NCBI GenBank assembly: GCA_958296135.2
Contig: CATQHZ020000001.1
Location: 992,001 to 1,056,000, forward strand
From: an uncultured Poribacteria bacterium
Lineage (GTDB): Bacteria; Poribacteria; WGA-4E; WGA-3G
Direction of reading: 5' to 3'
Length of the DNA: 64,000 bases
The number at the start of each line of letters is the position of its first letter. The stretch's first letter is position 1. Under the pieces are notes generated by a model that was given only the letters and a program-made list of their open reading frames with translations, was not told the DNA's origin and did not search any database. A program made the position numbers and the translations under genes. Of the stretch, positions 29,285-39,724 are shown one piece after another.

Positions 29285-30094
29285 ATGGCACAAACAACTT
29301 ACTTAGCACATCAAACCGTCAGCGACGCGCAAGTTCAGGAATGGGTGGAGACTTTCCATCGGCAAGGCTTCCTCTTCCTGCAGGACGTTTTGCCGCCCGA
29401 TTGGTGTGCGCAACTTCGGCAAGATCTGGAATGGGCGCTTGAGAATAATCCGAACGGCTTAAATAGCGGTAGTCCAGCCGGACGGATGCATCTGAGCCAT
29501 CGGATGTTTGAACACAGCGAGGCAAATCGTCGGCTGTTCGACCTGGAGCCCATCGTCACGTTTGCGGAGGCACTTGTCGCCGAGAATTGCCACGTTATCC
29601 ATAACAATTCGTTCCAGACCTTTCCCGGCGGCGGGATTACGACGTGGCACCAAGACGATGCCCCGCATTACCTCGTGACAGACGGTAAACCGCCGACGAA
29701 CGTGCGCCTGCCGGTTTTGCTGTTCACGGCGAATTATTACCTCACCGATGTCACCGAGGTAGAGTACGGCGGGACAGAGGTGATTCCGAGTTCGCATCTG
29801 TTCGGCGCGTCGCCGCCGAAGGCGTTGGAAGAGTCGGAATGGGCAGACCAGGTTCAGTATAACCTCGGCAAAGCGGGGAGCGTAGTGATGTTCAACAACC
29901 AGGTCTGGCATCGCGGCGGTCCGAATCAGAGTCAGCGGACGCGGTATATCACGCAGGTGACGTATGCGCGTCGGCTCGTTGGGCACAAGTATTATCCTTT
30001 CATGAACTATGCGATGCCGACGGCTGTCTACAAGGATGCGAATCCGCGTTTGCAGCGGTTGCTAGGGTTCCTTAATCACGGGGCTTACGGGTAA
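29285..30094 (+). CDS. phytanoyl-CoA dioxygenase (PhyH) family protein
   Basis: WHQD...WHRGGPN Fe(II)/2OG triad, GGTEVIPSSH; RBS GAGG before ATG29285. Confidence 0.9.
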   Translation: MAQTTYLAHQTVSDAQVQEWVETFHRQGFLFLQDVLPPDWCAQLRQDLEWALENNPNGLNSGSPAGRMHLSHRMFEHSEANRRLFDLEPIVTFAEALVAENCHVIHNNSFQTFPGGGITTWHQDDAPHYLVTDGKPPTNVRLPVLLFTANYYLTDVTEVEYGGTEVIPSSHLFGASPPKALEESEWADQVQYNLGKAGSVVMFNNQVWHRGGPNQSQRTRYITQVTYARRLVGHKYYPFMNYAMPTAVYKDANPRLQRLLGFLNHGAYG

Positions 30095-30162
30095 ATGAGG
30101 CCCGGCCACGTAGGCGTTGACAACGTCAATTCAGAACGTGCGTGCAAACTGGCGCGATGCTT

Positions 30163-31236
30163 ATGCGAAATACAGAAAAGATGAAAGCAGTTGTCTTCTC
30201 AGAACAGGGTGGCACCGATGTGTTGCGTTGGACAGACATCCCTAAGCCGACGCTAGATGCTCCCGATATTCTCGTGAAGGTAGCATCATGCGCGGTGAAC
30301 TATCTGGATATCCATGCTCGGCGTAACCGGCCCGAAATCGCGGAGAAACTGCGCCGCGGGGATACGCCGCACATTCTCGGTTCGGATATCGCAGGTGTTG
30401 TCGTTGAAATCGGCGGCGACTCGGCATCGCCGGGAGTTTCTGTCGGCGACCGGGTTGTCCTCGCGCCTTGCATGCCGTGCGAAGCGTGCAGCGATTGCCA
30501 TCGGGGTGCCGAGAATTTATGCGCGATGCAGCAACTCATCGGTTTCCAGACGAACGGCGGGTACGCGGCATATGTCAAAGCGCCGGCGCAAAACGCGATT
30601 CGGATGCCGGATTCGTTGTCGTTTATCAACGCCGCTGCGATGCCGATTGCCTATTTAACAGCGTGGCACATGCTGATGACGCGGGCGCAGCTTCGCCCCG
30701 GCGAGGACATTTTAATCCTTGGTGTTGGCGGAAGTGTGGGGAGTGCCGGGTTGCAGATTGCCAACCTTGCCGGGGCTCGCGTTTTCGCCACGGCAAGCAC
30801 CTCGCGGAAATGCGAACGCGCACGGGAGCTCGGCGCGGCTGTCGCGATTAATTATACGGAGAAGGATTTCTCGGAAGCTGTGTTAGAAGAGACAGGCGGC
30901 CGCGGTGTTGACGTTGTGTTGGAGCATATCGGTGCGGCGACATGGGGACAGAGCCTCGCGAGTCTCGCCAAAAACGGGCGGCTCGTTTCGTGTGGTGTAA
31001 CAACGGGTAATATGGGGGAGATTGACATCCGAAAGATGTATCAAAAAGAGTTGACGCTGATGGGTTCCGCGCTCGGTACTGTTGCGGAACTTCGGACGCT
31101 TATCCATCTCGCTGGGCAGGGGAAGTTGGAGCCGATTATCGACAGCGTTCTGCCGTTGCAGCGTGCTGGCGAGGCGCACACATTGTTGGAAAACCGCCAA
31201 AACTTCGGCAAAGTGTGCCTAGTCCCCGAACTGTAG
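30163..31236 (+). CDS. zinc-binding dehydrogenase (MDR family)
   Basis: PHILGSD, CEACSDC..ENLC structural Zn, GGYAAY, FGKV; start uncertain (30142, 30163 or 30181). Confidence 0.9.
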   Translation: MRNTEKMKAVVFSEQGGTDVLRWTDIPKPTLDAPDILVKVASCAVNYLDIHARRNRPEIAEKLRRGDTPHILGSDIAGVVVEIGGDSASPGVSVGDRVVLAPCMPCEACSDCHRGAENLCAMQQLIGFQTNGGYAAYVKAPAQNAIRMPDSLSFINAAAMPIAYLTAWHMLMTRAQLRPGEDILILGVGGSVGSAGLQIANLAGARVFATASTSRKCERARELGAAVAINYTEKDFSEAVLEETGGRGVDVVLEHIGAATWGQSLASLAKNGRLVSCGVTTGNMGEIDIRKMYQKELTLMGSALGTVAELRTLIHLAGQGKLEPIIDSVLPLQRAGEAHTLLENRQNFGKVCLVPEL

Positions 31237-31245
31237 CAATTGGGT

Positions 31246-31626
31246 TTACTCTTCATCCGTGGCAGTTTCCGAGCGGTTTTTGAGGAAATGATAGAACGCG
31301 GACAGTGCCCGTTTGTCTGCTTTCGGAAGTGCCAGTATCCCTGGGAACATCGTGCTGATTTCCGGGTCTGCAAGAATATCATCGTAGCTGCGTAGTGCGC
31401 GCCCGAGCAGCCAATCCGTTGTGACTTTCAGTGCATCGGAGAGGCTACACAGCGTTCTGCATGAAGGCGTGCGAACCCCGGATTCAAACTGCGAGATTGC
31501 TGCGGTGGTTAGGTTCGCCGCTGTCGCTAGTTCCTTCTGCGTCATTCCCAATTCCCGGCGGCGCAGTTTTATGCGCGCCCCGGTCTGCTTGTCCTGTGGT
31601 GGCATTGTGTCTGCTTTTTGGTTCAT
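31246..31626 (-). CDS. XRE-family HTH transcriptional regulator
   Basis: RRRELGMTQKELA..AISQFESGVRTPS..LKVTTDWLLG. Confidence 0.88.
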   Translation of the reverse strand: MNQKADTMPPQDKQTGARIKLRRRELGMTQKELATAANLTTAAISQFESGVRTPSCRTLCSLSDALKVTTDWLLGRALRSYDDILADPEISTMFPGILALPKADKRALSAFYHFLKNRSETATDEE

Positions 31627-31723
31627 GGATGTTCCTTAAGGAGATTCCCCCGTTTTCTCCTGACGGGGATTGCGTGTTGAAAGTGCATTTTAACAAAAGA
31701 ATGGTTTAAAATCCAATTTAATT

Positions 31724-31752
31724 TTGACAAAAAGTTGCAATTTTGCTATAAT
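31724..31752 (+). promoter_or_regulatory. consensus sigma70 promoter of the M28/FtsX operon
   Basis: TTGACA-N17-TATAAT with TG extended -10. Confidence 0.8.
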
Positions 31753-31886
31753 ATGTTTAAATCCACCCCATATTCCGAGATGAAAACATTTTGCCATAAA
31801 AAACATGGGAAATAGCGGCGGTTTTTCGTTGCATCCGTCGCCTTAAAAAATGTCCACATTGCCCGCAATCTGGCAAAGGAGAACTT

Positions 31887-34800
31887 ATGAAACGCAAGAT
31901 ACCGCTTCTGCTATTCTGCCTCAGTCTTTGCTTCGTCGCTGCGCCTTTCCGGCATGTATTCGCCGAGGCACATCGCGTGCAGACAGCCGTGGGAATGAAG
32001 GCCGCGGCTATCCACATCCGAGACGATTTGTCCATCGGTAACCTTCGGAAGGACATCGCACGGCTGTCAAGTCTGGATAGCCGAGTCACGGGCTACCCGC
32101 AGGCGGCGAGCGGCAGTAAATACATCTTCGACCGGTTTGTAGAAATCGGTTTACAAAACGTAGAGAGCCGCGAATTCCCTGTGACTGTCCCGGTCGATGG
32201 CCGTGATAGTGTTATTGAAGTGCTTTCCGCCGAAGGTGCCAAGTTACATACCTTTAAACTGACACCGTTTTGGCCCAACCTCGTGCGCACCTCACTACTG
32301 GCGGATGGGATTAAGCATACCGTGCTTCCTGGCGAAACGCTTCAGGAAATCGCGGAGAGTTACCAGGTCGCGGCAGACGTTATCCGCGCGCATGAGAAGA
32401 ACAAATTCCTTGCAACGCCTGTCGTTGAGGGCAGCACCGTCTTTATCCCGACGGGTGGGTTGTCCGGCCCGCTCCTTTACGGTGACGATGCCGAGCTCGC
32501 CGATTTCAACGGTACGAACATCGGCGGATATTGGTATGGGTTGCAGGCTGGCGATACCCTCACCTCCCTAGCCCGCCGCAACCGCATCACCGAGGCGAGC
32601 ATTACTGACGATGTCCTCAACGGCCACCTCCAGAAAGCCTCCGATGGCATTGATAACGATGAAGATGGAACCGTAGACGAATACGGCGAGATCCCGCTTC
32701 TATCCGAGATTCGCGGATGGGCCTCCGATGGCATTGACAACGATGCCGATGGCGCTACCGATGAAATCCCCGGCGATGCAACCGACGGTATTGATAACAA
32801 TAGAAACGGCGAAATCGACGAGTCCGGCGAATTCGTCGCCGCGAGTGAAGCGCATATCTTCATCCCGAAGGGGGCAATCGTTCTCCTTGAATTTAACTCC
32901 AGCACCCGCTATATCAACGCCGCAATGCTCGGCGGCACGGCTGTCATTTTTATTGAGCCGGAGACGACGATTCGCGGCGAAGCCGAGAACAAATTCGGCA
33001 CCGTGCCAGCAAACATCCCCCGCTTTTGGATATCTAAGGCAGACGGCGCAACGTTAAGGGACATGTTAGAGACGCAGACCGGTGGTGACGTGAACGTCCG
33101 CGTCAGAGGGAAGATGAAGTGGGAGCGCTGCATCGGGCAGAACATCCGCGGCTTCTTAGAAGGCGGCGACCCGGGGCTCCGCGACGAACTCGTCGTGCTG
33201 ACAGCTTATTATGATTCGATGTCTGTCGTGCCGGCACTGGCACCCGGGGCAGACCCGACGTGCGGCATCGCCGTGTTGATGGAGCTCGCGCGGCTCTTCA
33301 GTCAACCCGCCTATCGTCCCGGCCGCTCTGTCCTCTTTGTCGCCGTGGATGCGCATTTCCAAGGGCTCGCTGGCATGCGTGCCTTTATGGAAGGCATCGG
33401 ACAGGACATCGTCGGCTCAGCCACAGATTCCCCCGGCACCCCAACGATGCACGGGCTCCGCCGTGGACTCTCTACCGATATTATTGAATTTGAGGAACTC
33501 GGCAGGCGATTGCTGCTCTCTATTGACAGAAGCGTGCTCGTCGATTTGCCGGGCGATTTCTTTTACGGCATCCACTCTATCAAGGATGACCTGGATTCCC
33601 TCGCGACGACGCTTGATGGACTCGCCGAAACCCGCGGCCAAATCGACTCCCTCAACACCAAACAGCGCGATTTCTCTGAACGCCAGAAAAAGCAGGCAGA
33701 CCGGAATAGAAAACGCGAGAAGCAAGGGTTCACCGGTGAGGAGAAAAGTCTGCTGTTGGCCAATCTCGCGCGTTCAAAGAAGGAGGCTTTGCAAACAACA
33801 CACTTCCTCCGGGACATTGTTGGCCGCTTGGCACAAGTCCGCACGGTCGCGTTAAATACCAGCCGTGAGGCGCAACAGGAGCTCATTGAGATGCTTGCAC
33901 TGCCTATTGCACGGCTGGATACCTGGGCGGTGGATAAACTCATCAGCAGCATCGAAAATGCCACGCAATCCCGATACGGCGTGCATCCGAATGACGCTTA
34001 CCTTATCCCCGAACAACGTGGGGACGAATGGTATGTGCCGCTGCCGGCAGACTTGCCACCGGAGTTGGCATCCGAAGTTGAGATGCTGAATGAGACGCTC
34101 GCGAACTGGGAGATGAGCGACAAGCGGAAATTCGCGTTAATGTGGACGCCGGAGAAAATTCTGGACCGGCACCTCGATCTGCACGCGCTCAGTCGCGCGA
34201 AGGCGGCGCGGAAAGTCCTCGGCAATGCATCCGAATCGCGCGAGACAGCGATTCAGCGTGAAAGGCAGTTCCTTGAGGAGGTGCTATCCCAAATCAAGGA
34301 CAGCCTCCCGGTTGAAAACCAGATCAAAGTGAGCATCCGAAAACTCAAAGATGTCGCCATGGCGCAAGCCGCTAGCGGTGTGATTTACAGCGGGAAGTAT
34401 CTGTCCGAGGCCGGGCTTGAACGCCTGAGTACTATCGACGTGCAACTCAGACAGCGGTTAACTGAATCCGACGATGCCAGCGATTCGGCTATCCTCATCG
34501 CCGATTTGCTCAAGGATAAACAGAGCATCTTTGAAATCGCGCTGCGGAACGCGCGCTTGGAACGAACCCGCATCCAAAACTTGCTGGCAACACACGCAAC
34601 TTTGGACCGGGTGTATCTTGACGAGGAGCGCCTCATTTTGAAAAACTACCTCTCCGCCGATGAGTTGGAGCAGGTGGTTCAAATGCGTTCTATCGTTGCC
34701 GCGCACATGACCGAGGCGGAACTTTTGGCTGTTGTCAAACGGCGCGCCGCGTCAGATATCATCGCGCTCAATAACCTGATGGAGCGGCTGCCGACTTTGG

Positions 34801-37800
34801 CCCGCGACCTGGATGCGGAGGCGAAGGTGCTGCTGCGGGATAATCTGTTGACGCTCCGCAACGCGCGATTCCGCAACATTCAGAGCCGCATTGAAAAGAT
34901 GTCGCGGATTGACGCGGACGAATATAACCGGAAACTCTCACAGATTGATTCAGCTATTGCGCTGCAAGACCTCTTCAACCGCTACTATACCTCCCTCTAC
35001 GTCAGCATCGATCTGTCGTCGCAGTCCAATCAGTTTGGGGTATTCAATAAAGGCTGGTTCTATGATCAGCAGCCGGAGTTTGTGCTGCGCCGCGAATTTG
35101 CCAGTATTGGCAATAAACTTGCCTCTTATGCGGAAGATGCCGATTTCGGCGTGCGTGTTCGCAAGCTGTGGCAGTGGACGGATGACCAGATCCGGCAGGC
35201 AGTCATGGCGCGTCAGTGGGGTGTTGCAAGCGGTATCTCCGATAAATCCGCGCTGGAGGGCAAGACGCTGGAAACCTTGCTCAGTTCCCACTACGGCAAA
35301 TTGACAGGGCTCAGCGGCGTAAGCCGCCTGATGAAAATGCAGTTTGAGCAGTGGCGGAATCGGGGTGAACCCTCCGAGGATATGCTGAAGGATATGGAGT
35401 ACGTCCGGAAGGAAGTCGAACGGTTTATCCGAAACGATGTCCGCTCGGCGAAGAAGGACCGGAAGAACAACATTCGCACTCGTGAGCAGCTGGATGCGAT
35501 GCTGCGGCTCCGTCACGAAGACCCGGATACTTTCAGCGAGGAGGAGATTGAGGATATTAAGACGCTCATCGGTATCACGGGGCTCGGCGGCGAGTCGAAC
35601 TTCGTCAACGCCATTTCCGCGAGCGGTGGGAAGACGTGGAAAACCTACATTCCCGGCAAAATCGCGTTTGACAGTGAAGTTGCCACTCTTGTTGGCAAAA
35701 CTGGGATTGCGTTTGCTACTATTGAGGATGCGCGTGTCTTAACTGATACGCCGCTTGACACCATCGACAGGGTTGATTTACGCGAGGATGGCAATCTGCA
35801 TCAGCAGGCAAAGACGCTTGCTTCCTTGCTTATCCAGGCCTTGCGCGATGAGGAGATGCCCACGGCGGCGCGCGTCGGCAATTTTTATTGCAACCTCTTC
35901 GGCGATGTGGTTGAGTTTGACGCACGTGAGTCGGCACTGCCGAATAAACCGGTTCCCTACCCGATTTTGACGTTGCGCCGCAAGAACAAGACGATGATGG
36001 GTGTGCGCGGCGATCTGTTCGTCATGGGTGATAACAAGGGCAACTTTGAGATGGCGGGGCTCGCCATGGAAGGCAGGGCCACGCGTAGACTCGGCGGCGT
36101 GCAGGAAGTGGAGGCATACATCCTCGATCCGGATTCTGGCGACATCGTCTACGCGCCCGATTTGGGGAATTATGGCGCGAAGTTGCTCCCTAATAAGATA
36201 CCTATCAATACGCGCAGACGCGGCTGTCGCGTTGTCACCTTCCCGTGTGTGTCGACGACTATCTATGATCTGGTAGATCAGCGGTATCTGCGCACGCTGC
36301 GGGAATTGGAAGTCTACGATGCGCTCACTGACAGCCCACCCGAAAAATTCGGGATGTCTAAACCGTGGCAACAGGAAGGCGTTTCTGCAGCTGAACCCAT
36401 CGCGCTTGTTTACAGCGAACCGGAAACCCGCATCAAGGTGGGAATGGCATACGGACAGATTGGCAAACGGTTGCTTCTCATCAAAGCCACAAAGAGCGGC
36501 ATGAAAAACCCGACGCTTTACACCGGGGAGGGGTTCGTCGTGCGAGAGAACGGGCAAATCCGTCTTACGCCTTACGTTGTTGTGCGTGATATGTGGTGGC
36601 TTGATGAGAACCGTTCCCGTCTCTATAAGCGATTCGGTATCTCCAGTGACAGACTGGATAAACTGCACCAGTTTGCCAACGAATACCTTGCGAGGGCGGA
36701 GACTGAGTTGCTTCAAAACGATTATCAGCAGGCCCTCAAACTTGCGCGCGCCGCTTGGGGCTATGAATCGCGTGCCTACCCTGATGTCAAGCAGACAGGG
36801 AACGATGTCGTCAACGGCGTAATGTTTTATCTTGCCTTGCTGATGCCGTTCGCCTATTTTATGGAACGGCTCATCTTCGGTTTTCCGAGTATTCATAAGC
36901 AGATTCTGGGTGCGTTCGGCATCTTCCTGCTCGTCTTCTTCTTCCTGAGTCAGGTGCATCCCGCCTTCCAAATCACGACGACACCCGTGATTATCTTAAT
37001 TGCGTTTGTCGTGCTTGCGCTCACGGTAATTGTCATCAGCATTATCGTGCGGAAGTTTGAGGAGCAACTGGAGAAGATTCGGCAGGAGGGCAGCAATGTC
37101 TACAAGGCTGATGTCGGCCGGTTGAGTGCTAGCGCGGCGGCGTTTAGCCTCGGCATTTCCAACATGCGGAAACGGAAGGGACGCACTATCCTCACCTGCT
37201 GCACGCTGGTGATCTTGACGTTCACCGTCATCTCGTTTACGTCGGTGCGGACGTTTATGCATCCGAACCGCACGAGTCTCCCGCAAGTCACGCCGCGTTA
37301 CACGGGCTTACTTATCCGGGACCAGTACTGGCGACCTCTTGAGGAGCCGGTGCTTACCTCGGTGCTAAACGACATGCAGAAGACGCAAATCACTGTGAAC
37401 GCGTTGCGGCGGCTGTTGGAACGCAAAAACGAAATCCTGGTCAAACAGGGGCGGCAGCCGATAGATATCGCCGCTTCACTTACCGCTTTGGAACGGGACG
37501 GTTTCATTGAGGGGAGCCGAGACTTCCTTTCCGATACAGAAGCGAACCAGCGGAGTTCCATGTCGATAGCAGCAGAGGAACCTGTCCTCACCGTGCATAA
37601 TGTTGTTGCACCGCGGGCGTGGTATCAGTCGTCTGGCACCGGGGATCAGTCGTTTGTGCAGTTGACGCGCACCCCTAATTCGGCGGATATGTCGCCGCCG
37701 ATGCATCCCCTCACCGGTGAGGCGTTAAAGTTTGCCGCCAACATGCTCGTCGGCATGAATGAAAATGAGCCTGCTGTCAGCGGTATTGACAGATACCTCC

Positions 37801-39233
37801 AATACGGGAAGTGGTTTGACCCGGGTGATTCCGCGTCCTGGCCGACAGAGTGGCCTTATGCGATTGTGCTGCCCAAAGGCATGGCGGAGCTGCTCAAAAT
37901 CACTGAGAGCGATATGGGCAAAGCCACCGTCTCAGTTTACGGCGCTGACTTCACCGTTGTCGGTGTGCTTGGCATCGGGTTCAAGGACCTCACCGATAAC
38001 GATGGCGAGGAGCTCACCCCGGTCGATTATCAGCTCATGCAACAGCAGCGGAGCCGCGGTGCAACTGGCGACGAGACGCTGGAAGGCGAGCTGCAGAAAT
38101 ATCTGCATCTCACACCGGACAGTGTCGCCGTTTTGCCCTATGAGGTAGTCATGAACCAAGGGGGCACTCTCCGAAGTGTCGCTGTGAATATGGAGCCGCA
38201 AGACGATGATCCGAAATTACTCGGTGCGATTGATAAGTTGGACCTGATTATGGCACCGCTGATGAACCGTATCGCTTTGGACTTTTTTGTCGGGCGCGAT
38301 AAGGACACCTATCTCTATAGCAGTATCGGGATGACCAGTTTCAGCGGGATGGGCAATTTGTTCGTGCCGATTCTCATCGCTGCGCTGATTGTGTTGAACA
38401 CGATGCTTGGTGCTGTTTACGAGCGCGTGCGCGAAATCGGGATTTACAGTTCTGTCGGGCTTGCGCCGGTGCACATCGCGTTCTTGTTCCTTGCGGAGGC
38501 GTGCGTCTACGCGATTGTCGGCGCGGTGCTCGGCTATCTAATGGGACAGGCGATTGCGACTACCTTAGTTAACTTCGGTTGGCTCGCGGGCTTGACGTTG
38601 AACTACTCGTCAATGTCGACTGTGGTAGCTACGATTATCGTGATGGTAGTCGTGTTGCTCAGCACGATGTATCCCGCGGTGAAAGCCTCACGAATGGCGG
38701 TGCCGGATATCGAGCGGAAATGGAAGCTGCCTGAGCCGGAAGGCGACGTGTGGCATTTCAACCTGCCGTTCACCGTGCTGGCTGAAGAGGCACTCGGCTT
38801 GAATGTCTTCATGCGGGACTATTTTGAGGCACACGCAGACGAATCGGCGAGTGATTTTTACACCGACCAGGTGGCATTTAGCGAAGGCGACGAGGCGTCC
38901 TACCAGATCGGCATGATGGTATGGCTAGCGCCTTATGACTTAGGCGTGAGCCAGTCCATCAAGTTCGTCACCTCCCCTGTGGGCGGTGAGGAGGAGGACC
39001 TCTACAAAATCACGTTGGAGGTTCATCGTGAAAGCGGCGAGATTGCGTCGTGGAAGCGTGTGAACCGGCGGTTCCTCAACTTGTTGCGGAAGCAGCTCCT
39101 GATTTGGCGGACGTTCAGCGTGGATATCCGTGCCGAGTTCCACGAACGCGGCAGGGTAGAAAGTGCTGTCCCGGCTGAAGAAGAAGCAGGCGCAGCACCG
39201 CGGTTAGAACCGGCGGTAACGTCGGCGGGTTAG
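31887..39233 (+). CDS. giant membrane protein: degenerate M28 peptidase-like domain + LysM x2 + DGIDND repeats + FtsX-like permease
   Basis: Signal peptide; SRVTGYP; TAYYDS..PGAD; two LysM; TM bundle; NMRKRKGRTILT; NTMLGAVYERVREIGIYSSVG FtsX motif. Confidence 0.85.
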   Translation: MKRKIPLLLFCLSLCFVAAPFRHVFAEAHRVQTAVGMKAAAIHIRDDLSIGNLRKDIARLSSLDSRVTGYPQAASGSKYIFDRFVEIGLQNVESREFPVTVPVDGRDSVIEVLSAEGAKLHTFKLTPFWPNLVRTSLLADGIKHTVLPGETLQEIAESYQVAADVIRAHEKNKFLATPVVEGSTVFIPTGGLSGPLLYGDDAELADFNGTNIGGYWYGLQAGDTLTSLARRNRITEASITDDVLNGHLQKASDGIDNDEDGTVDEYGEIPLLSEIRGWASDGIDNDADGATDEIPGDATDGIDNNRNGEIDESGEFVAASEAHIFIPKGAIVLLEFNSSTRYINAAMLGGTAVIFIEPETTIRGEAENKFGTVPANIPRFWISKADGATLRDMLETQTGGDVNVRVRGKMKWERCIGQNIRGFLEGGDPGLRDELVVLTAYYDSMSVVPALAPGADPTCGIAVLMELARLFSQPAYRPGRSVLFVAVDAHFQGLAGMRAFMEGIGQDIVGSATDSPGTPTMHGLRRGLSTDIIEFEELGRRLLLSIDRSVLVDLPGDFFYGIHSIKDDLDSLATTLDGLAETRGQIDSLNTKQRDFSERQKKQADRNRKREKQGFTGEEKSLLLANLARSKKEALQTTHFLRDIVGRLAQVRTVALNTSREAQQELIEMLALPIARLDTWAVDKLISSIENATQSRYGVHPNDAYLIPEQRGDEWYVPLPADLPPELASEVEMLNETLANWEMSDKRKFALMWTPEKILDRHLDLHALSRAKAARKVLGNASESRETAIQRERQFLEEVLSQIKDSLPVENQIKVSIRKLKDVAMAQAASGVIYSGKYLSEAGLERLSTIDVQLRQRLTESDDASDSAILIADLLKDKQSIFEIALRNARLERTRIQNLLATHATLDRVYLDEERLILKNYLSADELEQVVQMRSIVAAHMTEAELLAVVKRRAASDIIALNNLMERLPTLARDLDAEAKVLLRDNLLTLRNARFRNIQSRIEKMSRIDADEYNRKLSQIDSAIALQDLFNRYYTSLYVSIDLSSQSNQFGVFNKGWFYDQQPEFVLRREFASIGNKLASYAEDADFGVRVRKLWQWTDDQIRQAVMARQWGVASGISDKSALEGKTLETLLSSHYGKLTGLSGVSRLMKMQFEQWRNRGEPSEDMLKDMEYVRKEVERFIRNDVRSAKKDRKNNIRTREQLDAMLRLRHEDPDTFSEEEIEDIKTLIGITGLGGESNFVNAISASGGKTWKTYIPGKIAFDSEVATLVGKTGIAFATIEDARVLTDTPLDTIDRVDLREDGNLHQQAKTLASLLIQALRDEEMPTAARVGNFYCNLFGDVVEFDARESALPNKPVPYPILTLRRKNKTMMGVRGDLFVMGDNKGNFEMAGLAMEGRATRRLGGVQEVEAYILDPDSGDIVYAPDLGNYGAKLLPNKIPINTRRRGCRVVTFPCVSTTIYDLVDQRYLRTLRELEVYDALTDSPPEKFGMSKPWQQEGVSAAEPIALVYSEPETRIKVGMAYGQIGKRLLLIKATKSGMKNPTLYTGEGFVVRENGQIRLTPYVVVRDMWWLDENRSRLYKRFGISSDRLDKLHQFANEYLARAETELLQNDYQQALKLARAAWGYESRAYPDVKQTGNDVVNGVMFYLALLMPFAYFMERLIFGFPSIHKQILGAFGIFLLVFFFLSQVHPAFQITTTPVIILIAFVVLALTVIVISIIVRKFEEQLEKIRQEGSNVYKADVGRLSASAAAFSLGISNMRKRKGRTILTCCTLVILTFTVISFTSVRTFMHPNRTSLPQVTPRYTGLLIRDQYWRPLEEPVLTSVLNDMQKTQITVNALRRLLERKNEILVKQGRQPIDIAASLTALERDGFIEGSRDFLSDTEANQRSSMSIAAEEPVLTVHNVVAPRAWYQSSGTGDQSFVQLTRTPNSADMSPPMHPLTGEALKFAANMLVGMNENEPAVSGIDRYLQYGKWFDPGDSASWPTEWPYAIVLPKGMAELLKITESDMGKATVSVYGADFTVVGVLGIGFKDLTDNDGEELTPVDYQLMQQQRSRGATGDETLEGELQKYLHLTPDSVAVLPYEVVMNQGGTLRSVAVNMEPQDDDPKLLGAIDKLDLIMAPLMNRIALDFFVGRDKDTYLYSSIGMTSFSGMGNLFVPILIAALIVLNTMLGAVYERVREIGIYSSVGLAPVHIAFLFLAEACVYAIVGAVLGYLMGQAIATTLVNFGWLAGLTLNYSSMSTVVATIIVMVVVLLSTMYPAVKASRMAVPDIERKWKLPEPEGDVWHFNLPFTVLAEEALGLNVFMRDYFEAHADESASDFYTDQVAFSEGDEASYQIGMMVWLAPYDLGVSQSIKFVTSPVGGEEEDLYKITLEVHRESGEIASWKRVNRRFLNLLRKQLLIWRTFSVDIRAEFHERGRVESAVPAEEEAGAAPRLEPAVTSAG

Positions 39234-39284
39234 TCAGCGGCACGCCGCGTCAAAGTCGCCTGAAGATTAAGAAAAGAAACGGAA

Positions 39285-39390
39285 TAATTTCTGTAGGGGG
39301 GTTCTCCTGGTTCCGATGCGGCGTTGTAGGAGGGTTCTCCTTGTCCCGATATGGTTTTCGTCGAGACGCGGGAGGGCTCTCCTACCGGGG
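39285..39390. repeat. degenerate GTAG-REPs inside the operon
   Basis: GTAGGAGGGTTCTCCTTGTCCCGAT and TCGAGACGCGGGAGGGCTCTCCTAC. Confidence 0.6.
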
Positions 39391-39418
39391 GATTCGGTAG
39401 TTTACGCGAGGAAATAGC

Positions 39419-39646
39419 ATGGAAAAAATAGCGAGTCTTATCATTATTGGCGGCACAGTTTTATGGCTGTTCAGCATTTTCGCGCTCGAGGGCCGGTGGC
39501 AGTGGCAGATGCTCTCGGCACTCGTGCTGACAGTTGGCATTTTCTGTGCCCACTTTTGGGAAGAGTTTCAAGATGCCGGTGACGGTGGACAAGATGCCGG
39601 TGACGGTGGACAAGATGCCGGAGATGGGGGTACGCCGGGGGAGTAG
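39419..39646 (+). CDS. small membrane protein with (QDAGDGG)x3 tail
   Basis: RBS GAGG; two hydrophobic segments; 21-bp tandem repeat at 39569-39631. Confidence 0.55.
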   Translation: MEKIASLIIIGGTVLWLFSIFALEGRWQWQMLSALVLTVGIFCAHFWEEFQDAGDGGQDAGDGGQDAGDGGTPGE

Positions 39647-39724
39647 GTGCGATTCCTCGGTTCGCAAAGCGGTAGATAATTGGGTCCAACGCCTTGCGGC
39701 ATAAAACATAGGAGAAACATCAAT

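Noticed and set aside
35778-36971. 397-aa minus-strand ORF
   Set aside because: Antisense to the well-supported giant CDS; no motifs
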